A stretch of DNA of 64,000 bases from Raillietiella orientalis (GCA_036172245.1 JAYWIR010000004.1:1550001-1614000), one strand, 5' to 3'; positions 37,124 to 52,753 are shown, counted from the first letter of the stretch. Notes: generated by a model not told the origin, from the sequence alone. Translations and numbers: made by a program.

Positions 37124-40100
37124 CACCGCGCATAGTCTATCAACAGTTCCAACAATTCCGCTTTCTTAGGTGAAGAACGATTTTGGAGAACCGATAGACT
37201 TACGCTTTTTCGTCTTTGGGAAATGGTTTAGCGAATGCATAAGACCTTTGGAATTATCAGAGTTCCATCATCAACAATAATCAACATCTGATGATCCGCC
37301 TGCCAGTGGAAGCTGCTCGTTGGCTTTTGAAGGGTACATTTGATTTCATCTCCTTCCCTTACCTGCGGAGCGTACCGGCTGAGATATCGCCTAGCCACCG
37401 GGTACGAATCTAGATAGCCGAGTCCATAGAAGAGACCTTTGGAGCGTCCATCATTAGACCTGCGCAACAACGAACTTCAAGAGATCCGTATTGACCCAAT
37501 GGCGTATGCCTCTGATGCAGAGGAACTTCCGGTTCTAACGCGGAGGCCAATCCGTCCAAGTCTTCCCCTCAACCAAGTTTTTTGGAGAGATCACAATGGA
37601 AGAAACGAAACGTGACACTTTTAGAGATGCGCTTCGTGCAGCCTTCTAGGAAACAGTTTCTTTTCTTGGGCAAGCAATTTGTGTTTTTCTGAGGGTTTCT
37701 TCCACGCAGTCAGACTGGCCAAAGATCGCACCTGGTTTTACCAGTATAACTCTCGTACCCGAAATGTTCTTACCGGGAACCGTTTTTCGATGCGTACGTC
37801 AGTGCACTCTTCCTTTATTGCCTTACTGTTGACCTGACTCGCCGGAAGGAAAAAAAAAAAAATTGAAGACCAAAGTAGCAGGGACCTATAGAATCCGCGC
37901 TGCTTCTAGGTCTGAACAGATGCGTAAAAAGCTGCGACAAGGAAACCATTGATCAAATTGAAATAAAGCAGTACAAAAGGAAACGTTCTTCCAGAAAGCT
38001 TTCCTCAAAGGGCACACGGAAGCTTGAATGGGTAATGGAGGAGTTCTTGGATTTGAATCAAACCTGTGTGATGGAGATCCGAAACGAGAAAAGCACATTT
38101 ATGCAGAGTACACTTCAGAGGAAAGCTATAACGAAGACACGCTTGCATCTGCAAGCATGAACAAATAACATTGTGGAACGCTGCAGATCTTGAGAGAATT
38201 CAGTAACTTGTAGAATCTTTCGGCTTAGCGATCTCCACTTCCGCTGTGATGGTGCTCCATGGTTTCGGTTCGGTTCTGGCAAGGGGTTCATTTCGCAGTG
38301 TGAGTGCAGACTATTGAATGGGAGTGTCAGCTGAATGACCCAGCTGTCTTTGTAACTATCAAAACTCTGTGGTGCTTGTTTGTTCCGTCGGAGCACTTTT
38401 TCTTAGTCTTTCGAGTACCTGCAACTTGGCTTCCAAAATGAAGCACAGAATCGTCTTGACGCACTCACAAACCTTCAAACTATTCCCATTCCAAATTCAG
38501 CAGTCACGCGTGATTTTTTTGGATGATTCTAAAACCGAGGGGCTGATCGGATCAGCATTTATGGTTCATTAGCTTACAGATTCTCATCTGTGTTGAACTA
38601 CTTTTGGAAAGAAACGCCCTTGGAGTTCATGGAGACTTCGAGAAAGATAAACAAACAAGAAAACATTGAAAGAGTTTGGAAACAGCAAGGCAGAAGTTAA
38701 TTGCATTATCTGATAAAAAATAAAGCGCGAAATTAATTAACACCTTCAACTGCGTGAGTCCTTTTGGTTATGAATTCCACAACTGATCTCATGACTTGCT
38801 GAGAAATTCTCTGCTTTCGTAAGAATCTCGAAAACAAGATTGGACGTGATGGCATTGAAAGGTAGAAATGAGGAAATGGGAACAGCACTCGTTTTCATGC
38901 CTTGGTTACAATTAGCCACGGTAGCGTGGTCAGCAGACGCAATAGCTGCGTCTTGTGGATAACTGATGAGAGGAATGACGACTGTTTTTAAAGCTAATAA
39001 GAATGACCAAGCCAAACGACATATCCTTCCGAACCTGCTTTGGTGACGGATTAGAGAGTTCCAAACGGCCCTATCCTGATACAGTGTTTTTCCAAAAAAC
39101 AATCTGTCTTCCGTAATATTCAAAAGCAGAAAGATGCCTCTTTGCAAAAAGCGTCTTCAGTCCAGAGCTCCAGATAACCCCGAATGGAGTTTTTCCGAAC
39201 GAAACCAGATCCACCACGCGCATTTCTCTTAAGAATTCTTCGAAAGATTTTTTTTGCATTTTGTTGCTGGTGCACTTGAGAGACAACTGTGAAGATTCAG
39301 GTTCCTTCGAGGTGTTCCGTCAGGTGCTGAAAAAGGTATGCTGGAAGCAGCCATCTCCTCTCTCGAATCAGTGCAACCACCGAGCTTTTGACTCGAGCAC
39401 GTTGGCCGGAATCCTCGGGTGAGTGGGGACAGTGGCTAATGATTCCTCGAGCGAGCGGAGAAATGGATTCCAGGAGCGCGCGCACAACGTTCGTGTTCCG
39501 TCGACGAGCTTTACCTTGTCGCGATTGCATTCCCCTCAGGAAGCATAAGCGCTCCTGCTCGCAGGAAGTTTTCGATCCCGATTTCTCTTTGCCCTTGAGG
39601 GAAGATTGAATAGAAAGCGAAATTTAAAATTAGATGCGGGTTCTGAAAGCACGGAAGGCACGAACTTCTCCCTGAAGAAGAAAACTTTACGAGTCGAGCA
39701 GGTGCGCGCTCCTCCAGCAGCGGTTTAAGGGCACAAGAGCCAAACGGAACCAACTCCGGGAATGCGGGATATCCATCTACGAAGGAGGAAGAACATTGCG
39801 AAACTGACGAAACCCAAATCTGAGAGTCTGCAGACACAGCAGCTGGGAAATAACCCTGTTGCTCTCTTCCTGGCTACATGTGAGAAAAGCAGCTCTCTTT
39901 CCTTCCGTACCTCCGTTTGTTAAATGTACTTCTTGCACCCTTTTGTTAGAAAACAGATCCGTATCAATTAGGTTATTTGTTTCCCTCTGCTTCCTACAAA
40001 GTGGCATTAACGAAAAGAATTCTAATTAATCTCTCTTTTTCTTTTTTCCTACTTTTGCGATTAATCTTCTCATTTTCCGAGGAAAACCTTCTTTACGTTC

Positions 40101-40959
40101 ATCTTCATTAACGCGACGCTGATTGAGATGCGATGCAGACTTTCGCTTGCTAAGAAATAAGTTGAATTCAACCTTTTGTGTCCTCTTCACCTACATGCTG
40201 GTACTTCTGCTGGTGAGGACTCCTAGAGACATGAGCTCTTGCCCTACCAAGAAGACACGCAAGCATTACCGTATCGATATACGCTGGTGCTCATCTTGCA
40301 CGCGAGTCGTTAAGAATAAACTGCTTGTTTTCGGTTCGGCAATTCGTCCTCTTCGACAACTTGCCGGTTTCCCTTCCACGTCGATTGTCCGCCCAAAACA
40401 TTCACTGCATCCCAGGCAAGTAAAGCAGCTTCCGTGCTCAAAAGCAGGGATGAGTAGTCTTTTCCTTCCAGTCTGCGCAGGAATTCCAAAGGCGATATGA
40501 GCAAGTAGGTTGCCCTCTAGATAGCCACGCACTTCCACGGTCCGGTGTAAGGGAGGCGCTTTCCCAAACACCCGTGCCCTCTGAACGCAATGGATTATCT
40601 GCCCTCCACCCTTTCTCAGTGGAAGATCACATTTCGCGTTGCCTCGTCGTTAAAGAAAATGATCGGTTCGCCTCCTCTCTCCGAGCATCGAAATTAGGCG
40701 CCCTCCCCGTGTTTTAATCTTTAATTCGATTACTCGGAATCTGACTGTGCCCCCTAAGATCTTCCCCCTCCCTAATTAATGAAAATATGCGAACTCATTT
40801 AATGGGATTTGCATAACGGCCGATATTCCTTCTATCCATTCAACCATTCCTCACGACTGAGACTTTTGAACTTGGCTGCCAGCACTTGGTCAGGGGAGCC
40901 GGCATTTTGGCTTCACTTGGATCTTCCAGCTGATTCGCATTTGTTGCTCTCAAAGGATG

Positions 40960-41495
40960 CTGCTGGGAGTGTAACCAATGGCGACGATGGAGATTCTTCG
41001 CCTCCCTTCTGTCTCTCGTCCGTCTCCTCGCGTCGAGCTGCGTGGTTCCCGAGGGTCGTTTCATTTGGCTGGTCTCTTGGCTTGCTCTTCGGATATGTGT
41101 TCCGGGAGGGTGGCACGTTCGAGCACCTTTTCTGTCTCGATGGACTCATCCGGCGTCCCAATGGTTTTGAGCCATCTGATTGCGCCGTCGCTTGTCTGTG
41201 AACCCAAAGACCGTACGGCAACCGCCCAGGTGCTCTCTTGAAGGCAAAGGGCCAGGCCTCAATGCCCAACTCTCTGTGTGCTCCAGAGACGAGACTGACG
41301 ATTCACAGAGGCGAGAGGCATCACTCTTCCGTCTCCCCGGAGTGCCAGATCAGATCGAATCTCGGAATCCATCCGACATGGATGCATAGTTCTAGGCCAC
41401 CAGCTCCCCCATTTTTCCCGAGCAGACCTTTTGATCGTCTTTGGCTGGGTTTCGTTTGTCCAGGTCGCGGGTTAAGTTTCATTGCATGAATAAAT
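40960..41495 (+). mobile_element. Degraded LINE 3' end
   Basis: EGGTFEHLFC resembles the E.ET.EHLF.C knuckle. The segment ends with AATAAA at about 41489. Confidence 0.4.
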
Positions 41496-41535
41496 CGGCA
41501 GCCTCCTGGTCTTGCGCATCCTCGGTCAAAAATGA

Positions 41536-41921
41536 GCCTGCTTCGGGAGGCGTGTGGCTGAGGTCTCCGTACGTGGGTACCAAGCGTTGCGGGTTCGAAT
41601 CCTCAAGTGGAGGTTCGACGCCAGAGAAATGGAGGGTGCATCCTGGGTTTCGAGTTCCCTCCCTCAGGATGTCGCTGGCTTACTTACATTCGGGGGCAGC
41701 TGATGCCCCCGTTAATTGGCCGGGATCGGAAGTTGACCACCCGATGTCTTTCCAAGAATCAAGGAGTCGGTTCCCTTCGGGAAGCGGACTGTTCGGATGG
41801 GACCCTCCATCACGCACCATGGAGCTGGTGGATCGATACCTCTCCAGAGTGTGAAGAAGTGCGCTGCTCCCTTCGGGGAGCGACCACGGGTGGCTTATCC
41901 CACTTTTCATCCATGAAAATG
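41536..41921 (+). mobile_element. tRNA-headed SINE-like element, short copy
   Basis: A-box-like gtgtggctgaggt and B box ggttcgaatcc (41592-41602). Collinear similarity to 59254-59680 and a shared terminus tcatccatgaaa(a)tg. Confidence 0.65.
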
Positions 41922-44900
41922 TTCGGATGCTTAGACGATTCATGGATTCTGTAGAAAATCAGGCAATCGGCCCTTATTGGTCGTTGGGATTCATCAGCTC
42001 TCGTCCTCCGAATCGTCACCTCACGGGAATCAGGCAAAACGTGTAAATCACGCTGTTGTCTGAAGAGCAGCAGCATTTCTCATGTAAAAAGCGAGAAGAT
42101 CCGATGTCCAGGCTGGCTGTACTCCTGAATCCCCCCCCCCCCTCTCGCCGAACGACTACTCGAGAACTTTCTCGAAGTCCCACGAGCCACCTGCAAAATC
42201 GAAAAGTCCTTTGGAACCACATGAATTTTCAACCTGCCGACGAGCCAAAGCACGCGCGCGGTCGTTTCGGAAATTCGATATTCCATTGCGCTTCTTCGCC
42301 TCCGTTTCCATGGGATCGTTTCTCGCAACCAACTGTCAGTTCATGCTATGCTTAATTTCAGGGAGGGAGTAATAAAATGGCGAGCAACTGAAGACATCTC
42401 GAACTCATTGCTTAGATAGATAAAACATCTTGAAAGCATCTTAACGTCTGCACTACAGGATAACAGACACTTTCATTAAAAGCTTTATGTATTGGATGGA
42501 TCCGTGTCCCTGCCCTGACATCCGGAGCGACGGTCGAAGCCCGCTGTTTTTTGATTACTTTGAGTATTTTAAACTCGGCAACCTGTGTACAACCAAAATG
42601 ATGTTCTGTGACATCCGTAGAAACGTGTTCCCGTCGCACATGCTGGAAAAATTTCCACACCTCCAAAGTGAACGCGTGATTATGAGCGTTTGCTATCGAA
42701 AAGGAAAAAAAAAAAATTATGGAAAGCTTCTAAATTATTAACCCAGTCGTGCTCCCCTGAGCTTCTGAAAGAAAATTCAAACTTGAGGGATCGAAATCAA
42801 TACCTGGATACGTGAGTGAGTAGGCAGCAATACGCAGCGGCTCATTTCAAAGCTGTACAAACGTTTCAAACGCTGACTCGAGCTTTGGAATGCATGGCCT
42901 TAATTTGATTCCGCATCTTTCAAAACGAGCCCTCCACTCAGCTTCACAGGAGAAGTTCCCCCCCCCCCCCACACACACAAAAAAAAAAAAAAAAAAAGTT
43001 GAACTTCTCCCACGAAAAGCCGCGTTTCTTCTGGGGATTCGAAAAGTCTTCGGCTCATTTTGTTCTTATATGGGGAACAGTGGAATGCTTTCCTATTCGG
43101 TTTTCTCATAAGCGGGGTAACTGATATCTCATTGACCATATCTGCATAACAATAAAGTGATTATTGCCTAGTGGTAACCCTTCCATATATCCATAGGCAC
43201 GCGGGCAGCAAGTGCTGACATGCTTGCTTTTTCCCCTGCCTGAGAAAGGCACTCGACTAATCAGAAAGGTGCTGAAATTGTGAATCAAATCGGAGAGCAC
43301 ATACTCCAGTAGGAGATCGTATGCATGCCATTATGAGTACTTTACAAATTTTCATTCATCTCCTGCATGCTGAAAGAACAGCCACATACTGTAATGGGCA
43401 CCTGGCAATCCAAACAAAGGCTCTAAGAGCAGAAGAAAACGTGATCTTCTCGAAAGACCTCAGTCTTTAGGAACAGTTTCTATTGCGCGGAAGCACAAAT
43501 GTTTGCAGAGCTTTCTTGTTTTGGTCACGGGCTCACAATCTCCGGACGGTATCCGTAAATATAATCTTTGAAGATTATCCTTCGGGATCCCGAATCCACA
43601 AAGACGGTTGTGCTTGCTGCAACAACATGCGGCAATGCTTGGAGAGAAATGGATTTGGGTGATGAGACTGCATTTTGAAAAGGAAAGCTGTAAAATGCTT
43701 AAATAAGAAATCAAAATAGATGAGGTAGGAGAAAAGATGAAACTTGAGGTGCTCCATAAGGGAGCAGTCACAAAGAACGAGAAAATGGAACACGGAGCTG
43801 ACAAAAGGGAAGATATAAACTTCAAAAGAATGTGGAAGGCGTAGATCAAACGGAAATAACAAATCAATTTGATCCTACACTTGAAGGATCCCTCATGTCT
43901 ACCGAAGCGGATAACTGCAGCTTCTGTGCGTCGACGTGGATTCCATCAATAACGCTTTTCCCTTATTTTCTGTGATCTGTACAGAACAGTCCTTTGCATC
44001 TGCATTTGAAAAATACTCTGCAGGAAAGATATGTTTTCTGCCCCCAAAATATTCCAAGTCCCATAACGATCACGTTAAGATGATATGCAAGTCTTCGTGC
44101 GTTGGTAGCTTTCAGGGAGCCAGCTCAGCACTCAGTCTGGGGAAGAGACGGGAGAGTCGAAAATGACATAGTCCTGAAGGACCCTGCACTGAATATACTA
44201 CTGAAGTCTACTGCTGAAGGAGAAAACGGTTCGATTTCCCATAGCAACCTGAATGCTACTCGTTCAAACAGTTAGCATGGATTACAAGAAGTACAGAGTC
44301 TGAGTATGCGGGAGAAGCATTTCCTAGCTACAAGAAAAGAGTGAAACAAAAGTGACCTCTTTTGACTCCCGGATTATTCTTTGTCCCCTCTGCTTCACAG
44401 GGACCTCAAGATTCGCAGCTGCGATTCAGTCGCACTGTTCTCTGTTTCTTTGAGACATATGCCATGAAAACTTGGATGCTTTGGGCTTCTTGGATGGATG
44501 CTTGCAGTCGACCGATAGCATTGGATAACTCCGTATGTTCCCCCATGAACCTCACTTTTTTCATTAACATGGGACTCAAGAGGCGTCAGCCGATGTCTCG
44601 TAAAAGGCAGTCGTTCGACATTTGCAGTAGGAAGGAACCCTTTCCCTCTAGAGCCGCGACCCGCTGATCCTTGAGAATGGGAGAGTCAGCTCTGCCAGTC
44701 GCAAGATGACACATTGCGCGCTTCCGGGATCAACTTCATGTCGCCGAAAGGCATGGGTCTTTGAGATATGCCGTGTTCGTTTCCTAAATCCGAAAGAGGT
44801 CGGAAACGACCATCGACACGTGGTGTGTGCTGCAAACCTGTCAGCCAAAATACTTCGATCCTGTTTGAGGTGGGAACACGAGGGAATGCGCAAATGATTT

Positions 44901-46159
44901 GGAGCTTCCGAATGAGCTGAGGAGACTAAAGAGCTCATCGCTTGAGCACCTAAGCTGAGTGTCAGCTCTCTATCATCAGGTCTGATGAGATCGCCCAAGT
45001 TCACTCACTCGGATCCTTTACATTCTACAATGACCAGACATTGCCCCTTTTCTTATGTATATTCTTTGCGTGTTTATGGATCATTGGAATGCTTGTCGTT
45101 TCTTCGGACTTGTTGCTCCCAGGATGCCGCTAATGAGGAAAGTTTCATGAACAAAGAGATAAAGAACAGATGAAAACCCAAAAATTCGCCTCCACAGCAC
45201 ACTACAGATAAGACAAACTGAACCAATAAAGCACGTGGTGAGGGACGAAAGATTGATTGCCAGGTAATGAAACGGCTAATCGAGGAATAAAATACCTCTG
45301 CTTAAGACTCGGCGCGTTGGGCTGAAAATCGGTTGAGGAAGGAACTCTAGCCGAATCGGGAATTAGAAAGAAAAAATCCAGCTGCCGATGAGAGTAGGTA
45401 AAGAAAGATTTTCATCCTTGGGAATGCTTTGAAAAGTTCAAACAAATTGTCAGTAGTTCGTTGTGTTCCCGTTCGGCATTCATGATCTCCATTTTCTCCG
45501 AAAATCAAAAAAAAAAAAGTCGATTAGACCGAGGAGACTGACCTGTGTGATAATTAGAGACGGATAAGGAACCCGATGTTGGGGTCAGCTGATCAACACA
45601 CATGTTGATTAAGATGACACGCGTCCCATAACCGCCCATGCTTGCAGATCTCCATCTATAGTGCTTTTCAATAACAAATGATCATTTCACTGTTCTCGCT
45701 TTCAAAACACAAAAGGAAGCGCGGTGCACGAAAAGCAGACGCTTCCACGGAAAATCTGCTAAAGAGTAGTCGTGATAAGGAATTTGGAACTCTAGCAAGT
45801 TTCTCGGGAGCAGATTATTCTTTCTGAGGTTTCAGATGCTGTGTGCATCATTTGATTATCGAATCTTAATGAACAGAACCTAATGCCTTCGCAGTCGCAA
45901 CAGACAACCGGAGTCCGATTCTCGGTCTTCCGGTTTCCGCTCTGCAACCACACTGCTTTTCCGGTTGTCCTTCTTCAGGAGAACATCCCTGCACGTTGCT
46001 TCCGTGTGAATTCCGGATTTGCGGTATCGGAGGTGTTCCTCGCATTGACCGATGGAAGAGTGCTTCCTGCTTTCCTGATCACGGGCATCTCAGATGATGA
46101 TTATTTGGCGGGCCGGTGTGCCCTGTTTAGAGCAAGACTGCTGGAGGATGGTGCCGACC

Positions 46160-46462
<303 letters not shown>

Positions 46463-49400
46463 CTAAGCAAAAATATCAATTTATTGCAGCTCTCTTGCGT
46501 TTCATTTGCTGTTGCCGGAATACCGGTTATCCTGTTCTTAATCTTTCTCAATCACCAAAAGAATTAATTGGTATTCCAGTGGATTCATTTTCCGTTTTGA
46601 TTAAACCCAGTTAATTTATAGTGACACATTGATGCCTTCGTAGCAAAGGCTTAAGAAGAGAAAGGAACTCAAAGAATGAAATTGAGACAGCATGCAGCCA
46701 TTCACAGACGGGAAGAACGTATTCCTTGGTGACTACCATTTGTTTATTGAAATGCGTTTTCCGAATTGAATGTCTCCTCCAGTTTCCAGGTCCTTTGTGC
46801 TTTTTTCTGTTTTTTCGTAACTTCGAATGCGTTCGGAAAAGTGAGTTCCCTGTTTCCAACCACAACAAGCTCTCTCACCCCCCCTACCATATCCAGTACA
46901 TAAATTCTGTAAAAAAAAAAAAAAAATCTGCTGTATTTTCTAGATGGCCTTTTACTCTACCCTTTTTCTCCCATTGCCATGCCAAGTTAAATTTTGTCTT
47001 CGATATTCCCGTCCAATGCTGCTCCACGTTTTCAATCAAATGACTGCACAAGTTTAGATGCTTAGCTGTGCTTTCATCACTTTCCTGAGGTTCTCTTTCT
47101 CATTGCGTTCTCAGTGCCCCACGGGTTGCATGGCTCCCGGTGGAGCACGAAGAACTAAACACTGAGCAGATACGCGTTCCCTGAGAAACTTTTTCCTAAT
47201 GATTACATTACATATAACGCTTCTCATGGATTTAGGTGTTGCATCCAGCTTCGAGAGTGTTATCGGCCAGCTGAATGTTTGTCCCCAAAACTTCAATCCC
47301 GTGGTAAATGTGGCAATCAACATTGCGTTCTTCGGTATGATGATTAGTAGAAACAAATTCATCATGTTGAAACAGAAAAACGTACGTCGATCGAGAAATC
47401 CAAATTTTGTAAAAAATCAAACGTCCGAAAGTTCCTGAAATACCTTCTACGGGAATACGTGCCGTATCGAAAACACAGTGGTTGTTCGCCAAACTGATAA
47501 ACGCAAAGAGAGAATACAAAACAATCGATCCAAGAAATGCTGAAACAGGTACCTTGTTAGAATAATGATTTTCGTACTTATTCCTGTACAGAAAGGCTCT
47601 AATTCAGAGGTAGGCCCTCCTTTCACGATAAGGAAAGTATTGAGCATAGCTCCTTCCTCCTCTCGGGCAAAAAACAGTTCCAAGGTAATTCGAAGAATGA
47701 CCACAACCTGCTTCTATCACAAGGGAACATTATATCCTTAGGATACTGAAGAAGAAGCAGAAATCTCAGATTATTTTCCACTTGTCTTTTTTATTTTTCA
47801 TCTTTTGCATAGAAAGGCATTGCCAGTAGCTCAGCTCTATGCTAAATGTAAGAACTGAGTTGAAGGTGCAAGGAAATCTTTCCAATTCAGCTGCTGATGA
47901 TCTTTCTGTTGATGAGAACTTTCTCGTACAGGAGAACCGTTCTATTAATTGGAGCTGCACGACAGAAACCCTGGAGTTCTTTTGCTATGTGATTTTACAA
48001 CCACCCCTCCCCAGTGGCTTTGGTTTCCATGTTTCGGAGAGCAGATTCATTTTTTTCATACGAATGGACGACTGGCGAATTCACGTCCGGTTTTGTTCTC
48101 CATATTTTCGTCTTCCCTTTTATTCCCTTTCGTCGAAAGTAAGCAGTTTTCCATAATCTTGCTTAGGTAGCATACTTGTGCAGAGTCACTGATTCATGAG
48201 AAAGTTGATCTTGGGCAGTTACTCTCAAAGCGATCGATGCCAGACCATCTCAGCTTCAAATCTAATTGAAGCAAAAGCTAAATCTAAAAATGAGGAAACT
48301 AAAGGTTTCGTTTAGCTCGCTGATTTTTTCCATCATACTCTTGAGGAACGACAATCTAGAAGGATCGGTCATTATGCATTGCTTCGTGTTTCCTGCAAAA
48401 ACTCCGAGAAACATTTGTTGCGATCACATTCAAAGTAACTTATGGAAGGAATGTGTTGGATACTTTGGAAAAGGGAATACTTTTGGAATACTAGATTTCA
48501 AACAGAGAACTGAGGATGAAAAGAGGAAGATGCCATCTTAGTTTTGATCACAGCTACAGCTGAATGTAATACAGACCTTTTCCTTCGTTTCAAACTCCCC
48601 TATCCAAGCAGAAAATTATGTTGCAAAAGCAAACAGGATGAATTTTTGGGATAGCAAGTCACAGGATTGTGAACCTGAGCACCTTTTCCTTTCAAATTGC
48701 AAAAGGACGAAAGAAAATCCAGAAACATGGAAAGTGCAGAGATGCTTATCGTTCTTTTGAGTCTGTCAGAGATGGCGATGCTCTGTTATTCTTTTCATGT
48801 TGCACTCCTACTCGGGTCATTTCGTGATTTGCTTTCTGGGTCAGCGGCAGCGAAGTTCATAGAGAAACTTATCTGTGTAAGGGCTTTCATGGGATTCCAG
48901 CAGACATTCGGGGGGCATTAGCAGCGTTCCGTGGGTGACTCATTTTCCAAAGACGAATACGGTCCCAGTGTTTCTGTTTCCAAGTAGCTTTTCATTTTAA
49001 ACTTTGGAACGAAAGGGTAAACGACATATAGCTTGCGAAACTGCGTTTTTTCGTCATTCCCATTCAGATGGTGCGATTCTTCCTAAAAACAACACTGCAA
49101 ACATTAGCAAATCAGGTGGCAGACATTGAAAACAGCTAAGCAGGACGTAAGGATAAGAGCAGTTTAGAAGACCAGAAATAATAAACTCAAGGGTGGAATC
49201 ATCCATAATTTCCTCACTTTCCTCAATCTTCCCAAGTTCTTCGTCGTTGATGGAAGGTTGGTAGTATACGAAGGATGTTCAAGGGTAGAAGTGTTCCGTG
49301 GTGCTGCAATGGCCGTTTGATTGAAAGGGAATGATTGCTGAGGCTGGAAGCTGCAGCTATGAATTCGGCGCGGGGTGTTTGTTACTGGTCTTAGGCCTTT

Positions 49401-50669
49401 TGGTTGCATTTCTGAGGGATGAAAAGTTCATCATCTTGTGGCGCCTCGACTACATACTTCCGAGATTAGTTTCTCGGAAGATGTCCTAGCCAGTGTATGC
49501 AGTAGGTGACTTGGCAAGCCAACGATACCGTCATCTTGCTGAGTTGGGTCGCGCATCATCGGTCAAATCTTAGCAGCTATCACGGAGGATCTGGAAGAGT
49601 CCACCTGGATCATTCTACTCTGCTCCGAAACTTCCATCTTGTATTGGTCAACAGGATAGCAAGAAATATCCTACAAAGAAATATATCATACATGTGGCAT
49701 GCCAAAAAAAGAAACAAATACCAGTCAGTCATCTTCTAAGATTTGGTGTGTCATGATAAAGTTTTTCCTTTCTGGAAACGCTCTAGTTGCAGCTGCAGCT
49801 CAAACAGAGACATTACCTTTGCTAGTACTTCGCCTCTGGCTCGCTCGTCTTCCCCGGAAATTTCAGCATACCTCCGGAGAAGCAGGTATGCTGCGAACGT
49901 TGTTGCTTCAGACATTCCATGAGCAGAATAGAACCACTGTTTCTGGTGGATGTGAACAAGTGCAGAGGTCGGAATATTTCTTGAGTAGTACGGAGATGGA
50001 AGTCGTAATAAACCACTGAAACCGGTGGTTGAGCATTATGCCCGCACCCTTATTTCTATCTCTGTTCTGTAGACCTGGAATTGGAAACGCGTTTCAAGAT
50101 TTGCGAGTTTAATCTCGAGACATGATCCGAAGAAGCAAGGGAGGAATTTTGTGGCCTAGTGATTGACGTCCATTGTGCGACAATCCCAGAGACTAAGGGT
50201 GATCACAGATGGTTGCCTTGGAGTTTTGCCTAGTGTGGTTTTTCTTCACTCATAGGACAATTCCTTTGTATGTGTAACAGCCTCCTACAGTGTCAGCAGG
50301 TTGATCATCCCAGCCTTTTATTCCACTCTCTTCTACTGACTTTTAGAGGGAGTGACATAATTTTTCCCAAAATTATTGTGGAACTGAAGAGATCAAACAC
50401 AAGGAAAAGAGGAAAATAAAGTTGGAAGCAATTTAGCCTAACAGAGGTTTCCTACCCCAGATGAGAAAGCTGCCTGCAGCATCATAAAGGACAGCAGTAG
50501 GGAACCTGCAAACAACTGTTTGAAACCGACATAGTTCTTCGGCTTTTTATTTCTTCAGGTTCACGGAAAGATTCAGGGGAAAAAGGGTGGGTTGCAAGTT
50601 TGCTCAGCTTCGTTTTTGAAGGTAAGAATTTGGTCTTCGGCGTTCAAGAGCAAGATGTTTCCTTGTCGA

Positions 50670-50760
50670 GGCTGGGACTTTGCCCGGGTAGGTTCAGTTT
50701 TGCGATTCGAGCCCGCGACCCTCCGTTCGGGACCGGAGACTTGGACTAAGACTTATCACT
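50670..50760 (-). repeat. Possible decayed tRNA-derived SINE head
   Basis: The minus strand reads gtctccggtcccgaacggagggtcgcgggctcgaatc, a B-box-like motif with similar spacing to the other two SINE heads. Confidence 0.3.
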
Positions 50761-52252
50761 TGATTTTAAACGTTTTGCGGGTCTAGGAACTTGGTGGTCT
50801 TCTGGAGACTCGATTGTACGGGTGTGCGCTCGGTCGCTTGAGGGGTTTCCCAGCTGGTGAGCCAGCAGATATCCCGTCTTTCCATCGGAACACAGGCGAC
50901 ACCACCAACTTATGAAGCAGGCTCGCATGCATTGTGAGAATTCTCAGCTTTTTTCAAACATCATGGTTCTTGGGACTCCTGGGTTCCCAACGGACCTAAT
51001 ACGGTCGTGCTGAAGGCTGCCGCTATGCTTTCGAACGAGCCGCACATGCTCAATATGATGGCGGGGATTCCTCTTTCAGGACACAACCAACTCTCTCAGC
51101 ACCGACTCCATTTCAGTAGGCGTCCAGACCTTGATTTTGCTGATAAGATGAGTTTAGATTTCTCTCATTTGTTTTCACCAGAGCTCATCGCTTGAGGAAC
51201 TTAGCTGGATATCTGCGAGCGCATGCTGGCTTCTCAGGCCAGTGGTCTATTCCCGACTGACGCATCAATTCCATCGGAAGACAGTTCTCGGATGCATCCT
51301 CGAACTGAGGGACGATAGACTACTCATTTCCGAGAAGAAATGACTCAGAGACCCCATTCTGAACGTACAGCTTGGCAAGTACGCCAAGGATGCCTCTATT
51401 TCTTCTCTGGCGCTAGCTCTGATCACATTCGAGAACAGTGCTCCGTATATCCTTGAAGATAAGGCACCGAATCGAGGCGAACTCGAAGAAGGGATACTCA
51501 CGAAGCATCAAGGTGTCCTTTAAAATCATGGTCTCGGCTCAAAAGAGCTTATGCGGATGCACGGGCATGGTTATCAGCACAGGATCTTGATGAATCCATC
51601 AAGATGCTTGTGGTGATCTTCACTCGAGCTGTACACACAGCAGCGAGCTTCAAACGAATTCCGGAGACCTCTCCCGACCGCTCCTAAGCAGCAAATCCTG
51701 CGGACCACGACAGTGAAACAAACTTTTGGTATGCTCGTGCAGTATAGGAATCTGTACTTTGTCCCTGTTTAAAGGGATGTAACTTCCTTCCTCCGTTTGT
51801 CTTGAATAACCGATGCGGTGGAACGTTTCCAGAGTTTCAAAGACCGCAGATTAAACGCAAACGCGATCCATGAAGATCCTTTGGATGAAGTACGAAAAAT
51901 TTTTTCTTTGAAGGTTCAGTTTTGAACTTGGGAAAGTGGAAGCTTTTTGCCGGGAATGAGGAGAAATAATCCCCGGGGGAGGAAGGGAGAGAAGAATTCA
52001 CATCAATTCCGGGTAAACAAGGATAAGCAAAAGGCAGGCGGACTTCCCCCATCTCTCGCTTGCAAAGTCCGGTTGTCCGGTCTCCGAATCTGCGATTCCT
52101 GAAAAATTGGGCTTGAAAGGGGCGGAATCCTTCACTCCCTTCGTCGAAAGCCGTTTGCTCTCGGAGGCTCCCTCCAGACTGTCCGTTCCCTCTCTCTCGT
52201 GCTGCAAAATGAAAACGACAACACTGTGGAGATGTTCTCGTGTTCATTTCAG

Positions 52253-52400
52253 AATGTTTCTGTCTCTGTTTCCGTCCTGACGCTGACCTTCATCTCCGTG
52301 GACAGATGGTACGCTATATGTTATCCTCTCAACTTCAAATCAACAACAAGCAAGGCTGTAGTTAACATAATTGTCATCTGGGTGCTCTCCCTGGCTTTCG
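52253..52400 (+). CDS. Allatotropin/orexin-type GPCR, coding exon 2 (TM3-TM4)
   Basis: Acceptor ttcatttcag|AAT. Encodes NVSVSVSVLTLTFISVDRWYAICYPLNFKSTTSKAVVNIIVIWVLSLAF, with the DRW variant of DRY typical of orexin/allatotropin receptors. Donor G|gtaag; phases 0/1 fit the neighbouring exons. Confidence 0.93.
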
Positions 52401-52753
52401 GTAAGACGTGGGCAGGTGTGCATGAAAGATGAAAGGGAGATATTTCCACGCTCTGCCACATAGCAACAGGACAGGCAGCGGGGAAATTTTTAACGGAGAG
52501 ACAGACGCTGTTGGCAGCTTCCGATAGCGCCTCAAAGGACAGAGGGAAGTATTTCACGGAAGTGAAACTCTCGTGCTCCCGAAGTACCAGGAATGTACCA
52601 GCTATCCTTTTCGCGGCCCTCTGGCTCCTCTGCTGCCTAGAGTGAACACCTGCGTGCTTAATGGTGTAACGGGTCGCATCACTCATCTCCCAGCGGAAAT
52701 GCAAAAGATATTGGAAACAAAAGAGGAAAAATAGCGATTCCCTTCTCTTCCAG

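Noticed and set aside
41546..41610. Functional tRNA gene
   Set aside because: A B box is present, but no complete cloverleaf or acceptor stem can be drawn. Treated as a SINE head.
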